From the IMG/VR virus record IMGVR_UViG_3300036785_000284, positions 1-61,349 of that record: a stretch of DNA of 61,349 nt. One strand, 5' to 3'. Below, piece by piece: positions 10,485 to 18,085 of this stretch. Source of the DNA: a virus. Its lineage: Duplodnaviria; Caudoviricetes. Under the pieces are notes generated by a model, which saw nothing but the letters and a program-made list of their open reading frames with translations, was not told the DNA's origin and did no database searches. The translations under genes and the position numbers were made by a program. Positions within the stretch are counted from its first letter, which is position 1. Each line of letters starts with the position of its first letter.

Positions 10485-10931
10485 CTAAGGTAAGGCTCCT
10501 GGGGCGGCTTTGGAAGTGTCAGTGTCTTGTGACGTGTCAGTCTCGTGAAGCTTTTCCCGCAGCACGTAGCCCAGCTTGGGCCACATGCGGCGGACGGCGT
10601 TCTCCTTGGCGAAGGTGCGGCCCTTGTCGGGGTCGTAGTTCTCGGGAGACGCGGGGGCCGACCAGCCGACCTCGACGAAGCCGTTGTTCATCTCCAGCAG
10701 GCAGATCGTCAGCATCGACAGCGGCGAGGGTGCGACCCCGGTGTCGACGCCGACCGCCTGCCCGGCGTTGATGTAGTACTCGCGGGCGATCAGCGCCTCG
10801 ATGTCGGGGATCGCCACACGCGGCGCCACCGCGCCTCTCGCGGATAGTTTTTCGGTGGCGGCGAGGGCGTCGGAGATGGGGGCGTGTCCGGCCATGGGGG
10901 CGACCCTAATCGCCCCACTCAGGTTCGCCAA
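10485..10931 (-). CDS. N4 gp49 / Sf6 gp66 family protein
   Basis: 'LTICLLEMNNGFVEVGWSAPASPENYDPDKGRTFAKENAVRRMWPKLGY' is the characteristic family motif. Confidence 0.85.
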   Translation of the reverse strand: MANLSGAIRVAPMAGHAPISDALAATEKLSARGAVAPRVAIPDIEALIAREYYINAGQAVGVDTGVAPSPLSMLTICLLEMNNGFVEVGWSAPASPENYDPDKGRTFAKENAVRRMWPKLGYVLREKLHETDTSQDTDTSKAAPGALP

Positions 10932-11136
10932 GGTCGACGGTGTCGACAGCGTCGTGATCCTCCTCGACGGGGGGATGCTCGTGCAGCGCGGCCAGGGCCA
11001 CTTTCTTGGCCCGCTCGCGCATCAGGTCGCGGAACGCCGGGGGCTGCTCGTCCCACTCGGGGAACAAGGGCAGGGAGCCTTCGAAGGTCTCGGCGAACAG
11101 CACGCGGCCACCGGCGTCGGCGTCGATGAGGATCAT
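10906..11136 (-). CDS. Hypothetical protein
   Basis: MILIDADAGG...; first ORF of the leftward arm. Confidence 0.45.
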   Translation of the reverse strand: MILIDADAGGRVLFAETFEGSLPLFPEWDEQPPAFRDLMRERAKKVALAALHEHPPVEEDHDAVDTVDLGEPEWGD

Positions 11137-11375
11137 GGCTGGATGTCCATCTGGAGCCCCCGAGGTTGCCTGATGGACGACCACGCTAGGCCGGGTTCGG
11201 GGCGGAGGGAATGGGGATGTGACAGATGTGAACAGGAAGTATTCAAGTGTTGGCTAGCATACATGTACCTAACACAGACTTCCCTCTATACTTAAGGGTT
11301 AAAGACCCACCCCGCCTCCAACCCTCCGGTCCCATACCCTCCCGTCCCTTTGGCAAGTTGGCGACGCGTATTAGC

Positions 11376-11404
11376 TTGACACGCCTCCCGCGTTACTCTA
11401 GGTT
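11376..11404 (+). promoter_or_regulatory. Sigma70-type early promoter
   Basis: TTGACA-N17-TAGGTT. Confidence 0.65.
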
Positions 11405-11433
11405 TCTCGTTGCCGGGCGAACTATGTCCGGCG

Positions 11434-11445
11434 CGTTCTTTGACA
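11434..11445 (+). promoter_or_regulatory. boxA-like antitermination element
   Basis: CGTTCTTTGACA(TTGT) resembles rrn boxA (TGCTCTTTAACA) and follows a 5' hairpin (11412-11432) in boxB-boxA order. Confidence 0.55.
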
Positions 11446-11526
11446 TTGTTGGCTAGGTTCTACCTCCGGCCTTGAAGCCCGGACGGCGAACCTATGTGCT
11501 CCCCGTTCAAGGGGAGAAACACCCGC

Positions 11527-11543
11527 GATTGCACGGTGCAATC
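11527..11543. repeat. 17-bp palindromic element, copy 1
   Basis: GATTGCACGGTGCAATC; arms extend over 11522-11548. Confidence 0.9.
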
Positions 11544-11573
11544 GCGGGCTCACAATCCGAAGGACTAACCCCC

Positions 11574-12362
11574 ATGACTAAGAAAACCGAAGCCGCCTCC
11601 GCTCCCGCCGCTCCCGTTGCGGCCATTGTCGGTCTAACAGCCGAAGGCGCGCGAGGCGCGGCTAACGCCATTGCGAAGGCGGCGGCTTCCAACGTGGCCG
11701 CCTTGGCGAAAGCTGATCGCGATCTACTCGGGAACACGTGCAAGGCGGCTTTAGCCGTCGGCTCCGCCATAACCGAAGCGCAATGGGATCGTTGGCTTGC
11801 CGGAACCGTTCGCAAGGCGGTTGTGGCGCGTGTGTCGGCTAAGACCGTTTCGGGAACTCTCTCCCGCGCCAAGGCGACGACGCTGGCCTATCTGGCCAGC
11901 GTGGAAGCCGAGGCGGCTACGGAAACCGCTCTTAGCGGCGCCAAGCGCAACTTTGAGACGCATCCGTTGCACTTCGGTTGCGTGCTCCCGGGCGAGACTT
12001 CCAACGCCTACGTTGAACGGGTTCGCCCGTTCTTGGCGAACGCCAAGCTCGCGAACGGCGATTGGATCATGGCGCACAACGCCGACGGTTCCGCGAAGCT
12101 GAAAGGCGGCGCGAAGCCGAAGGCGAAGGCGGCCGAAGGAACCGAAGGCGGCGAGAAAGTCTCGCCCGAATTGGCCGCCGCTCGCGTGCTCCTGAAAACC
12201 AAGGGTAAGGCGGCCGATAACCTTGTTACGGCTATCGCCGAGCATCGCGCCGAATTTGATAAGTGGCTTGCACTCGTCACGTTCAACGCGGCGGAGGCGG
12301 CCAAAGTGGCCGCAACGTCTAAGGCGGTTTTCGCCGCTAAGGACAACATGCAACACGCCTAA
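11574..12362 (+). CDS. First early gene, Ala/Lys-rich hypothetical protein (262 aa)
   Basis: CCGAAGGA RBS before ATG 11574; has its own terminator; atypical codon usage. Confidence 0.75.
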   Translation: MTKKTEAASAPAAPVAAIVGLTAEGARGAANAIAKAAASNVAALAKADRDLLGNTCKAALAVGSAITEAQWDRWLAGTVRKAVVARVSAKTVSGTLSRAKATTLAYLASVEAEAATETALSGAKRNFETHPLHFGCVLPGETSNAYVERVRPFLANAKLANGDWIMAHNADGSAKLKGGAKPKAKAAEGTEGGEKVSPELAAARVLLKTKGKAADNLVTAIAEHRAEFDKWLALVTFNAAEAAKVAATSKAVFAAKDNMQHA

Positions 12363-12369
12363 CAAACCT

Positions 12370-12402
12370 AACCCCCATGCCGCGAGGCATGGGGGTTTTT
12401 TT
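12370..12402 (+). terminator. Rho-independent terminator
   Basis: AACCCCCATGCC-gcga-GGCATGGGGGTT followed by a T-run. Confidence 0.9.
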
Positions 12403-12423
12403 GTGCCTGAAATTTGGTTAGGC

Positions 12424-12440
12424 GATTGCACCGTGCAATC
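12424..12440. repeat. 17-bp palindromic element, copy 2
   Basis: GATTGCACCGTGCAATC. Confidence 0.9.
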
Positions 12441-12513
12441 AAACTGGCCACGGGTTGTTAGGTTGTTAGATAGATTGGGATCGAAGCGACTAGCTGGCCA
12501 CAGGTTGTTAGGT

Positions 12514-12530
12514 GATTGCACCATGCAATC
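12514..12530. repeat. 17-bp palindromic element, copy 3 (variant)
   Basis: GATTGCACCATGCAATC. Confidence 0.85.
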
Positions 12531-13054
12531 ACAAATCGGGATCGAAGCGACCATTTCGGAATACACTTGTGTAATTTCTCGCCTCTGCGCGCGTACGCGC
12601 GTACGCGCCTCTGCGCGCCTCTGCGCCTCTGCGCGCGCGAGGCATATCGAGTACCGATAAAAACAGCTAACATAAGTGTAGTGTTAGGTCGGCCATCTGT
12701 GGCCACCTAACGGATTTTCGGAAAATTGGAACAATAGATTGGAACATGCTAAGTATATGTAAAATAATAATAATTTAATAGGTTGTTCCAATTGTTCCAT
12801 TTGTTCAATCAAAAAATAATAGAACCCCATGATGCGCGCCCACATGCGCACGTGCGCGTGCGCCCGCATACACATGTGTGCGCGCGTATTCGAAAAAAAC
12901 CTGCCACAAATGGAACAATTGGAACAATCCTTGATTTCATTGACCTTTTTCAAAAAAGCTTGGAACAACCCCTGGAACAATCGCCACAACCCACTTTGGC
13001 CGCCAAACCCGTCCGATCTGGCCCTTGATTATGGTCCAGCTTCATAGCTAGGCT

Positions 13055-13429
13055 GTGGCCATGATCTACCTCGACATCAAATGCGCGTGCCCGAGTTGCC
13101 AAGCTCTGCGACTGCCGGTTAAGCTCCGTGTCATGAGCATCAGGATCGCCGACCAGTTGGACCGTGTTGAACTGCTCCTCGACCCAAGGGTCGACCGCGC
13201 CATCGCGCCGCTCGTTGGCCGGTTGCGCAACCGCACCCTGACGCGCACCCAGTACCGTCGCCTCGTCTCCCTCATCGTTCAGAACGCCATACTGACCGGT
13301 CAGTCAGACGCGACGGTCTCCGTTCTCGACGTCGTGGCCCAGAAATGGCGCAAATGCCCGATGCGCTACATCCCCTCGCTCCCTTGGTCGCGCTTGTATC
13401 CTGAGCCGACCAGCGTCACCCTGGCCTGA
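13055..13429 (+). CDS. Hypothetical protein (CxCxxC)
   Basis: ORF with plausible codon usage after the non-coding region. Confidence 0.5.
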   Translation: MAMIYLDIKCACPSCQALRLPVKLRVMSIRIADQLDRVELLLDPRVDRAIAPLVGRLRNRTLTRTQYRRLVSLIVQNAILTGQSDATVSVLDVVAQKWRKCPMRYIPSLPWSRLYPEPTSVTLA

Positions 13430-13484
13430 ACACATTCCGAAACAGCGATGCGTCGCAGGAACAAGGAACACGTTCCGAAACATC

Positions 13485-13865
13485 ATGCCCGGCCGACCCA
13501 TCCCCTCGTCAGCCCTGCTCACAGCCGGAGCAATCAACGCGGTCGACGCCATGGCCTTCATGCTGCTGGCGACGCATCCGGCGATCAGGCACCGCCCACC
13601 CCCGCCTCAGCCTCGCCAGCCAGACACCTCCATCGTCGCCGAGTTCGACAGCCTGCTGATGGCGCTGGACGACCACTCGATCAGCCGAGAAGATTGGGAC
13701 AACTTCCGCAAAATCCTCGCCATCGCCGCTGGCGAGGCCGCGCCCGACAGCCGCTTGGCCGCCGAGGACGCGCTCCAGGGCTTCCTCAACGCCCACAAGC
13801 GCTGGAAGGAGGCTTACGCTTACTCAGGGCCTGCGCCCAAGCGCCCAGACCCGTCACATCCATGA
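13485..13865 (+). CDS. Hypothetical protein
   Basis: ATGA-coupled to the next ORF. Confidence 0.55.
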   Translation: MPGRPIPSSALLTAGAINAVDAMAFMLLATHPAIRHRPPPPQPRQPDTSIVAEFDSLLMALDDHSISREDWDNFRKILAIAAGEAAPDSRLAAEDALQGFLNAHKRWKEAYAYSGPAPKRPDPSHP

Positions 13866-14104
13866 CCGCCCGCGCTAACCCTCGCACCCTCTCCCAGATC
13901 GCCACCGCACGCAGCAACCGCGCGCTGCTGGCCTCCCGCCTGATCATGGGCGCGTGCGAACTGGAGGTGCTGGGCGACTACCGCGCCACCCTGATCGCCT
14001 CCAGACTTCTCGGCGACATCACCGCCGAGGAGGCCGAGACCTCCTACGCCCGCGCCGTCGACGTCTACGCCATCAATGTCACCAACGAAGCTGCGTCGCT
14101 CTGA
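13862..14104 (+). CDS. Hypothetical protein
   Basis: MTARANPRTLSQIATAR...; coupled start. Confidence 0.6.
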   Translation: MTARANPRTLSQIATARSNRALLASRLIMGACELEVLGDYRATLIASRLLGDITAEEAETSYARAVDVYAINVTNEAASL

Positions 14105-14162
14105 AACCTACCCCTGACGTTCAAACGTACCCTCAGGCCGGAAAACGTTCACAAGCTTCACC

Positions 14163-14179
14163 GATTGCACGGTGCAATC
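14163..14179. repeat. 17-bp palindromic element, copy 4
   Basis: GATTGCACGGTGCAATC upstream of the KGG gene. Confidence 0.9.
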
Positions 14180-14200
14180 ATCTCGCCTATAGGTGAAGCT

Positions 14201-14584
14201 ATGACCAGTTCTCGTATCGCCAAGACCCCAGCCCCGCGCAAGCTGCGCCAAGCCAAGCGCGCTTCCCAGCCTGCGACATCCGTCGCTGCGGCCCCCACCC
14301 ACCCCGACATCATCGTCGACCCCAAGCCTGCCGGTGCGCCCAAGCGTGGCCTGCGCGGGTTCGCGGCCATGGACCCCGAGAAACGCCGCCTGATCGCCCG
14401 CAAGGGCGGGGCTTCCGTCAAGCCGCACAACCGCTCGTTCGCCAAGGACCGCAAGCTGGCCATCTCAGCCGGGAGTAAGGGAGGGTCCGCCTCGCGTGGC
14501 GGCGGCCGCAAGGCGCGCGATCGCGAGTTCGACCAGCCGCACCACGGTCACGACACGGCGCCTGCGCACAAGCGCGACGACTGA
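14201..14584 (+). CDS. KGG-domain general stress protein (YciG/GsiB-like)
   Basis: 'RGFAAMDPEKRRLIARKGG...RSFAKDRKLAISAGSKGG'. Confidence 0.85.
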   Translation: MTSSRIAKTPAPRKLRQAKRASQPATSVAAAPTHPDIIVDPKPAGAPKRGLRGFAAMDPEKRRLIARKGGASVKPHNRSFAKDRKLAISAGSKGGSASRGGGRKARDREFDQPHHGHDTAPAHKRDD

Positions 14585-15003
14585 TGCCTGCCGCCCTGAC
14601 CCACGTGGACGAACTCCACGTCCACACCTGTCCGACCTGCTTCATCGCCTACGCCATCCCCACGGCGATGGAGACCCGCAAGCACGAGGACGGTGGGTCA
14701 TGGTATTGCCCCAACGGCCACAGCATCAGCTTCACCAAGAGCATGAAGGACAAGCTCGACGAGATGCGCCGCGAGCGAGACCGCCTCAAGCAGGAACAGG
14801 CTTGGTACGACGACCGCCACCGGGAGCAGGCGGCTGAACTGGCCAGCGCCAAGCGCGCAGCCGCCGCGCTCAAGGGACAAGTCACCAAGATCACGCGGCG
14901 CGTTGGCCACGGCGTCTGTCCGTGCTGCAATCGCACCTTCGCGCAACTGGCCCGCCACATGGCCGCCAAGCACGCCGACTTCAAACTGGAGGTGGTGAAA
15001 TGA
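14584..15003 (+). CDS. Zinc-binding coiled-coil protein
   Basis: CPTC...CPNGH, then coiled coil, then CPCC...HMAAKH (C2H2-like). Confidence 0.7.
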   Translation: MPAALTHVDELHVHTCPTCFIAYAIPTAMETRKHEDGGSWYCPNGHSISFTKSMKDKLDEMRRERDRLKQEQAWYDDRHREQAAELASAKRAAAALKGQVTKITRRVGHGVCPCCNRTFAQLARHMAAKHADFKLEVVK

Positions 15004-15125
15004 TGCAGGACGTCGCCTTGATCCTCGCCGGATGCGTGCTCTCCGCGTTCATCTACGCTCTGGGCTTCCGTCTTGGACGCCTGCATCGCAAGCTGACGGA
15101 TCGCCGCCCTGAGCCGCACGCATGA
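15000..15125 (+). CDS. Small membrane protein
   Basis: One hydrophobic helix with a basic tail; coupled start and stop. Confidence 0.5.
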   Translation: MMQDVALILAGCVLSAFIYALGFRLGRLHRKLTDRRPEPHA

Positions 15126-15232
15126 CCCAAGCCTTCTTCATCGCCGGAACCGTGGCCATCGGCGTCGGGCTGATCTGGCTCTGCGCCTGGATCGGCAGGC
15201 AGGAGATCAAGTGGCTGGAGCGCAAGAAGTGA
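15122..15232 (+). CDS. Small membrane protein (36 aa)
   Basis: MTQAFFIAGTVAIGVGLIWLCAWIGRQEIKWLERKK; coupled at both ends. Confidence 0.5.
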   Translation: MTQAFFIAGTVAIGVGLIWLCAWIGRQEIKWLERKK

Positions 15233-15411
15233 CCGACCCCCTGGCCTGCCCACCGCACATGACCCCCGACCAGTTCGCCGCGTTCAGAGCGGAGGCTCGA
15301 CGAAAGCGCGCCGACTACGAGGCGGCCCGCACCCGCTACCGCCTCGCCCATCCGATCATCCCGATCACCGGCGAATGGACCCGCGACAGCCTGCCTGAGG
15401 ACCTTCGATGA
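15229..15411 (+). CDS. Hypothetical protein
   Basis: GTGA-coupled ORF. Confidence 0.45.
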   Translation: MTDPLACPPHMTPDQFAAFRAEARRKRADYEAARTRYRLAHPIIPITGEWTRDSLPEDLR

Positions 15412-15758
15412 CCGTCACCCACACAACGCCGGAGACCCAGTGTCCGGTCTGCCTGCACATCAACGACCGGGCCACCTCGGTGGACGACCACGCCGCGCCG
15501 CCGGTGGCCGGGGACTTCACGGTCTGCGGCAACTGCGCCTGCATCCTCGTGTTCGACACCTGCAAGGAATGTGGCGAACTGGACACCCGGCTGCCGCATC
15601 CGAACGAAGCCATCGAGCTTGAGGCCACGCAGCCGGGGATCGCCGAGACCCTGGCCGCCATGCAGCGCACGGTCATCCAGCAGCTCATCGCCACCCGGCC
15701 CGACTACCAGCCGCCGTGGCTGAACGGCGAGGCCATCACTGTGTTGCGCGTGCAGTAG
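15408..15758 (+). CDS. Cys-rich (zinc ribbon) hypothetical protein
   Basis: CPVC...CGNC...CKEC. Confidence 0.65.
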   Translation: MTVTHTTPETQCPVCLHINDRATSVDDHAAPPVAGDFTVCGNCACILVFDTCKECGELDTRLPHPNEAIELEATQPGIAETLAAMQRTVIQQLIATRPDYQPPWLNGEAITVLRVQ

Positions 15759-15759
15759 C

Positions 15760-16041
15760 ATGGCCGTGCTCAGCCGTTACGCCCAGCCGATCCGCCTTGG
15801 CCACGACGCCGAGCCGTTGGCCGTGCAACTGACCGACCACGACGTCGAGCCCGACGAAGTCGCAAGCTGGCAACGCGACGCCGACGCCATCACCTACCTG
15901 AAGGGACGCATCCTCCCCGACGGTCAGGCGCTGCGCGCCTACGAGCGGCTGGCCACCCTCATCGGCCAGCGCCTCAAGGCCCGGGAAGTCACCGCCGGGC
16001 TGCGCGCCGCCTACCAAGCCAAGCAGACCACCCCGCCGTGA
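15760..16041 (+). CDS. Hypothetical protein
   Basis: Tightly packed ORF. Confidence 0.55.
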   Translation: MAVLSRYAQPIRLGHDAEPLAVQLTDHDVEPDEVASWQRDADAITYLKGRILPDGQALRAYERLATLIGQRLKAREVTAGLRAAYQAKQTTPP

Positions 16042-16361
16042 GCACGCCGCGCGACCTGACCAAGGGCCCGACCATCCCGGAGGTGCGCAAGCAGATGCGT
16101 GCGCTCGCAGACGAGCTTCGCGCCATCGGTCTCGACGACTACGCCGTGCGCCTGGAGAACATGGCCGACAACACCTGCCGGGTGGTCCGTGCGCCGATCG
16201 TCCGCAGCAAGGCCAAGCGCATCACCCCCATCCTCGCCGCCCGGGTGCGCGGCTTCAAGCGCGCCCATCCGAGCGCCCTGCACCGCGAGATCGGCATCGT
16301 GTTCGGCATCGACGGGGGACGCGTCTCGGAAATCCTCAACGGCAAGCGCAGCCCGCTGTAG
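16038..16361 (+). CDS. Putative HTH DNA-binding protein
   Basis: C-terminal 'LHREIGIVFGIDGGRVSEILNGKR'. Confidence 0.6.
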   Translation: MSTPRDLTKGPTIPEVRKQMRALADELRAIGLDDYAVRLENMADNTCRVVRAPIVRSKAKRITPILAARVRGFKRAHPSALHREIGIVFGIDGGRVSEILNGKRSPL

Positions 16362-16440
16362 GCCGTCTCGACGCCGTCGCAGACCTAGCGTAGTGGTCCG
16401 AGGGGCGTCCTCGTTCCAACCCCTGCACGGAGTTACACCC

Positions 16441-16977
16441 ATGAAGGTCACCCCGGCCGCGATCGTCACAGGCGGCGGACCCGACAACAGCCTGCCCGAA
16501 GTCCCCGGCCCGGTCGATCCCGGCTACGGCGTCGAGCTTCCTCCGGTCATCGACAACGGCCTGCCCGACAATCCCGGCGTCTGGCCGCCGCAGCGTCCCA
16601 ACTTCCCGGTCTATCCCAACCACGACCTGCCGCGCCCGCCGCACGTCTGGCCGAGCCCGCCGGTCGGGCCGGACAACTCGCTGCCGTCCCTCCCAGGGCA
16701 TCCGTCGCATCCGATCTATCGGCCGCCGGTGAAGCCCGACAACTCGCTGCCGCTGCCTCCGGGGAGTGTCTGGCCGCCGCTGCCGCCGTCGCTCGACGGC
16801 AAGTACCTCGTGTTCGCCTGGATCGTCGGCGTCGGCTACCGGTTCACGGTCATCGACACCACGCTGGACACCGGCTTCCCGCTGCCGCCGGTACACGGTC
16901 ATCCGGGCCACGAGCTTCCCAACGCCCCGGTGCGGCCAGACGCCGGACTTCCGCCCACCGCGCAGCCGAAGTCGTAA
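16441..16977 (+). CDS. Pro-rich repeat protein
   Basis: Repeated PDNSLP / HPSHPI motifs; GGAG RBS before ATG 16441. Confidence 0.7.
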   Translation: MKVTPAAIVTGGGPDNSLPEVPGPVDPGYGVELPPVIDNGLPDNPGVWPPQRPNFPVYPNHDLPRPPHVWPSPPVGPDNSLPSLPGHPSHPIYRPPVKPDNSLPLPPGSVWPPLPPSLDGKYLVFAWIVGVGYRFTVIDTTLDTGFPLPPVHGHPGHELPNAPVRPDAGLPPTAQPKS

Positions 16978-16993
16978 AAGTTGAGAAACAAGC

Positions 16994-17022
16994 TTGACGC
17001 GTCAAAAAGCGTCGAGCATGTT
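16994..17022 (+). promoter_or_regulatory. Putative promoter with palindromic overlaps
   Basis: TTGACG-N17-CATGTT. The -35 lies in TTGACGCGTCAA and the -10 in TCGAGCA-tgt-TGCTCGA. Confidence 0.4.
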
Positions 17023-17029
17023 GCTCGAA

Positions 17030-17163
17030 CGAGGCGGCCAACACCACTTGGCCTAGCCGGAGACGGAAGCGGAGGCAACTCCGTCTCCGACCCCAGCCGG
17101 ACCTTGCGGAGTGAACCGTCTCGTACATGCGGCCCATCAGGGGAAACTCTGGTGGGCCGCATC
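17030..17163 (+). ncRNA. Candidate structured RNA / leader
   Basis: Stems GGCCAA/TTGGCC, GAGACGG/CCGTCTC and CGGAG-gcaa-CTCCG, plus a long GAAA-capped hairpin at about 17127-17162. Confidence 0.45.
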
Positions 17164-17165
17164 GT

Positions 17166-17182
17166 AATTGCACCGTGCAATC
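17166..17182. repeat. 17-bp palindromic element, copy 5 (variant)
   Basis: AATTGCACCGTGCAATC upstream of the RiPP-like peptide gene. Confidence 0.85.
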
Positions 17183-17202
17183 AGCAGGACTACGCTGACC
17201 GC

Positions 17203-17358
17203 ATGGACAAGCCTGATCCTCCGCCGCTGGTCGACCACCCGCTCGACGTGCTGCTGGGCTCCGTGGCCATCCAGCGCCTCGTCGAGGAAGTCCGGCTCGA
17301 ACAGACCACCGAGGTCATCCACGGCTACAACCGCATCTTCAACCGCCACAACCGGTGA
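17203..17358 (+). CDS. YhhA/triceptide-type RiPP precursor-like peptide (51 aa)
   Basis: MDKPDPPPLVDHPLDVLLGSVAIQRLVEEVRLEQTTEVIHGYNRIFNRHNR: leader 'S.AI.RL.EEVR' and core 'YNRxxNRHNR'. Confidence 0.7.
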   Translation: MDKPDPPPLVDHPLDVLLGSVAIQRLVEEVRLEQTTEVIHGYNRIFNRHNR

Positions 17359-17364
17359 CGCGTC

Positions 17365-17517
17365 ATGCCGCTGAAGAAATCCCCATCGGACAAGGCGGTC
17401 GGTCAGAACATCAAGACCGAACTGGCGGTGGGTCGTCCGTTGAAGCAGGCCCAGGCCATCGCGCTGGACACCCAGCGCCGCGCCGGGGGTGGCTCACCAC
17501 CGAAGAAGGGCAAGTAA
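17365..17517 (+). CDS. Small basic phage protein (MPLKK...KQAQAIAL type)
   Basis: MPLKKSPSDKAVGQNIKTELAVGRPLKQAQAIALDTQRRAGGGSPPKKGK. Confidence 0.7.
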   Translation: MPLKKSPSDKAVGQNIKTELAVGRPLKQAQAIALDTQRRAGGGSPPKKGK

Positions 17518-17518
17518 C

Positions 17519-17764
17519 ATGGCCAAGGGTCCGCCTGCCAAGCCGATCCCGTCGCTGCCGCCGATGAAGGCGATGCGTCCAGGCCCGTCCGACGTCGCCA
17601 ACCCGACCGCTGCGCCGTGGTCGATGACCACCGGCACCTCGATGCGCGAGAAAGCCCTGGAAGCTGCGTCGAAAGACGCCCGGATCGCCCAGGGCGTGCC
17701 GGGCAGCCCCGGCGGCCTCGCCCCGCAGGGACAGATCGGCCAGAACCTGCTGAACACCAAGTGA
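17519..17764 (+). CDS. Pro-rich disordered small protein
   Basis: Starts 1 nt after the previous stop. Confidence 0.55.
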   Translation: MAKGPPAKPIPSLPPMKAMRPGPSDVANPTAAPWSMTTGTSMREKALEAASKDARIAQGVPGSPGGLAPQGQIGQNLLNTK

Positions 17765-17774
17765 GGACGTAGCC

Positions 17775-17912
17775 ATGCCCAAGGTCACCGTCGGCAAGTC
17801 GAAGCTGGTGCCGCCCAAAGCTCCGCCCTTCGCGCCGCCTGTCTCGCCCGCGCTGGACAAGGCGCTGGGCAGCAAGTTTCCGCCGCCGCTGCCGCCCCGC
17901 AAAGGTAAGTGA
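17775..17912 (+). CDS. Pro/Lys-rich small protein (45 aa)
   Basis: GAGGA RBS; MPKVTVGKSKLVPPKAPPF... Confidence 0.5.
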   Translation: MPKVTVGKSKLVPPKAPPFAPPVSPALDKALGSKFPPPLPPRKGK

Positions 17913-17914
17913 CC

Positions 17915-18085
17915 ATGAACGTGCTGCTCTACATCCTCGTGGTGCTGCTGTTCGTCGGCATCATCGGCGCCATCGCCTACTACATCCCCTTCCCGCCGCC
18001 GCTGGCGTGGCTGAAGTGGGTGATCCCGCTGCTGGCGCTGCTGGTGGCGATCTTCCTGATCGTCCCCAAGCTCAACGGGGCCTGA
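17915..18085 (+). CDS. Two-helix small membrane protein (Thivi_2564-like)
   Basis: MNVLLYILVVLLFVGIIGAIAYYIPFPPPLAWLKWVIPLLALLVAIFLIVPKLNGA. Confidence 0.7.
   Translation: MNVLLYILVVLLFVGIIGAIAYYIPFPPPLAWLKWVIPLLALLVAIFLIVPKLNGA

Larger units (their letters stand above)
12410..12985. other. Putative replication origin / repeat-rich non-coding region
   Basis: TGGAACA iterons, a 22-bp perfect inverted repeat (12783-12804 / 12906-12927), an AT-rich tract, alternating purine-pyrimidine tracts and short direct repeats. Confidence 0.6.

Noticed and set aside
12783-12806. Alphaproteobacterial LexA box (GTTC-N7-GTTC)
   Set aside because: The GTTC spacing here is N5; the repeats belong to the TGGAACA iterons.
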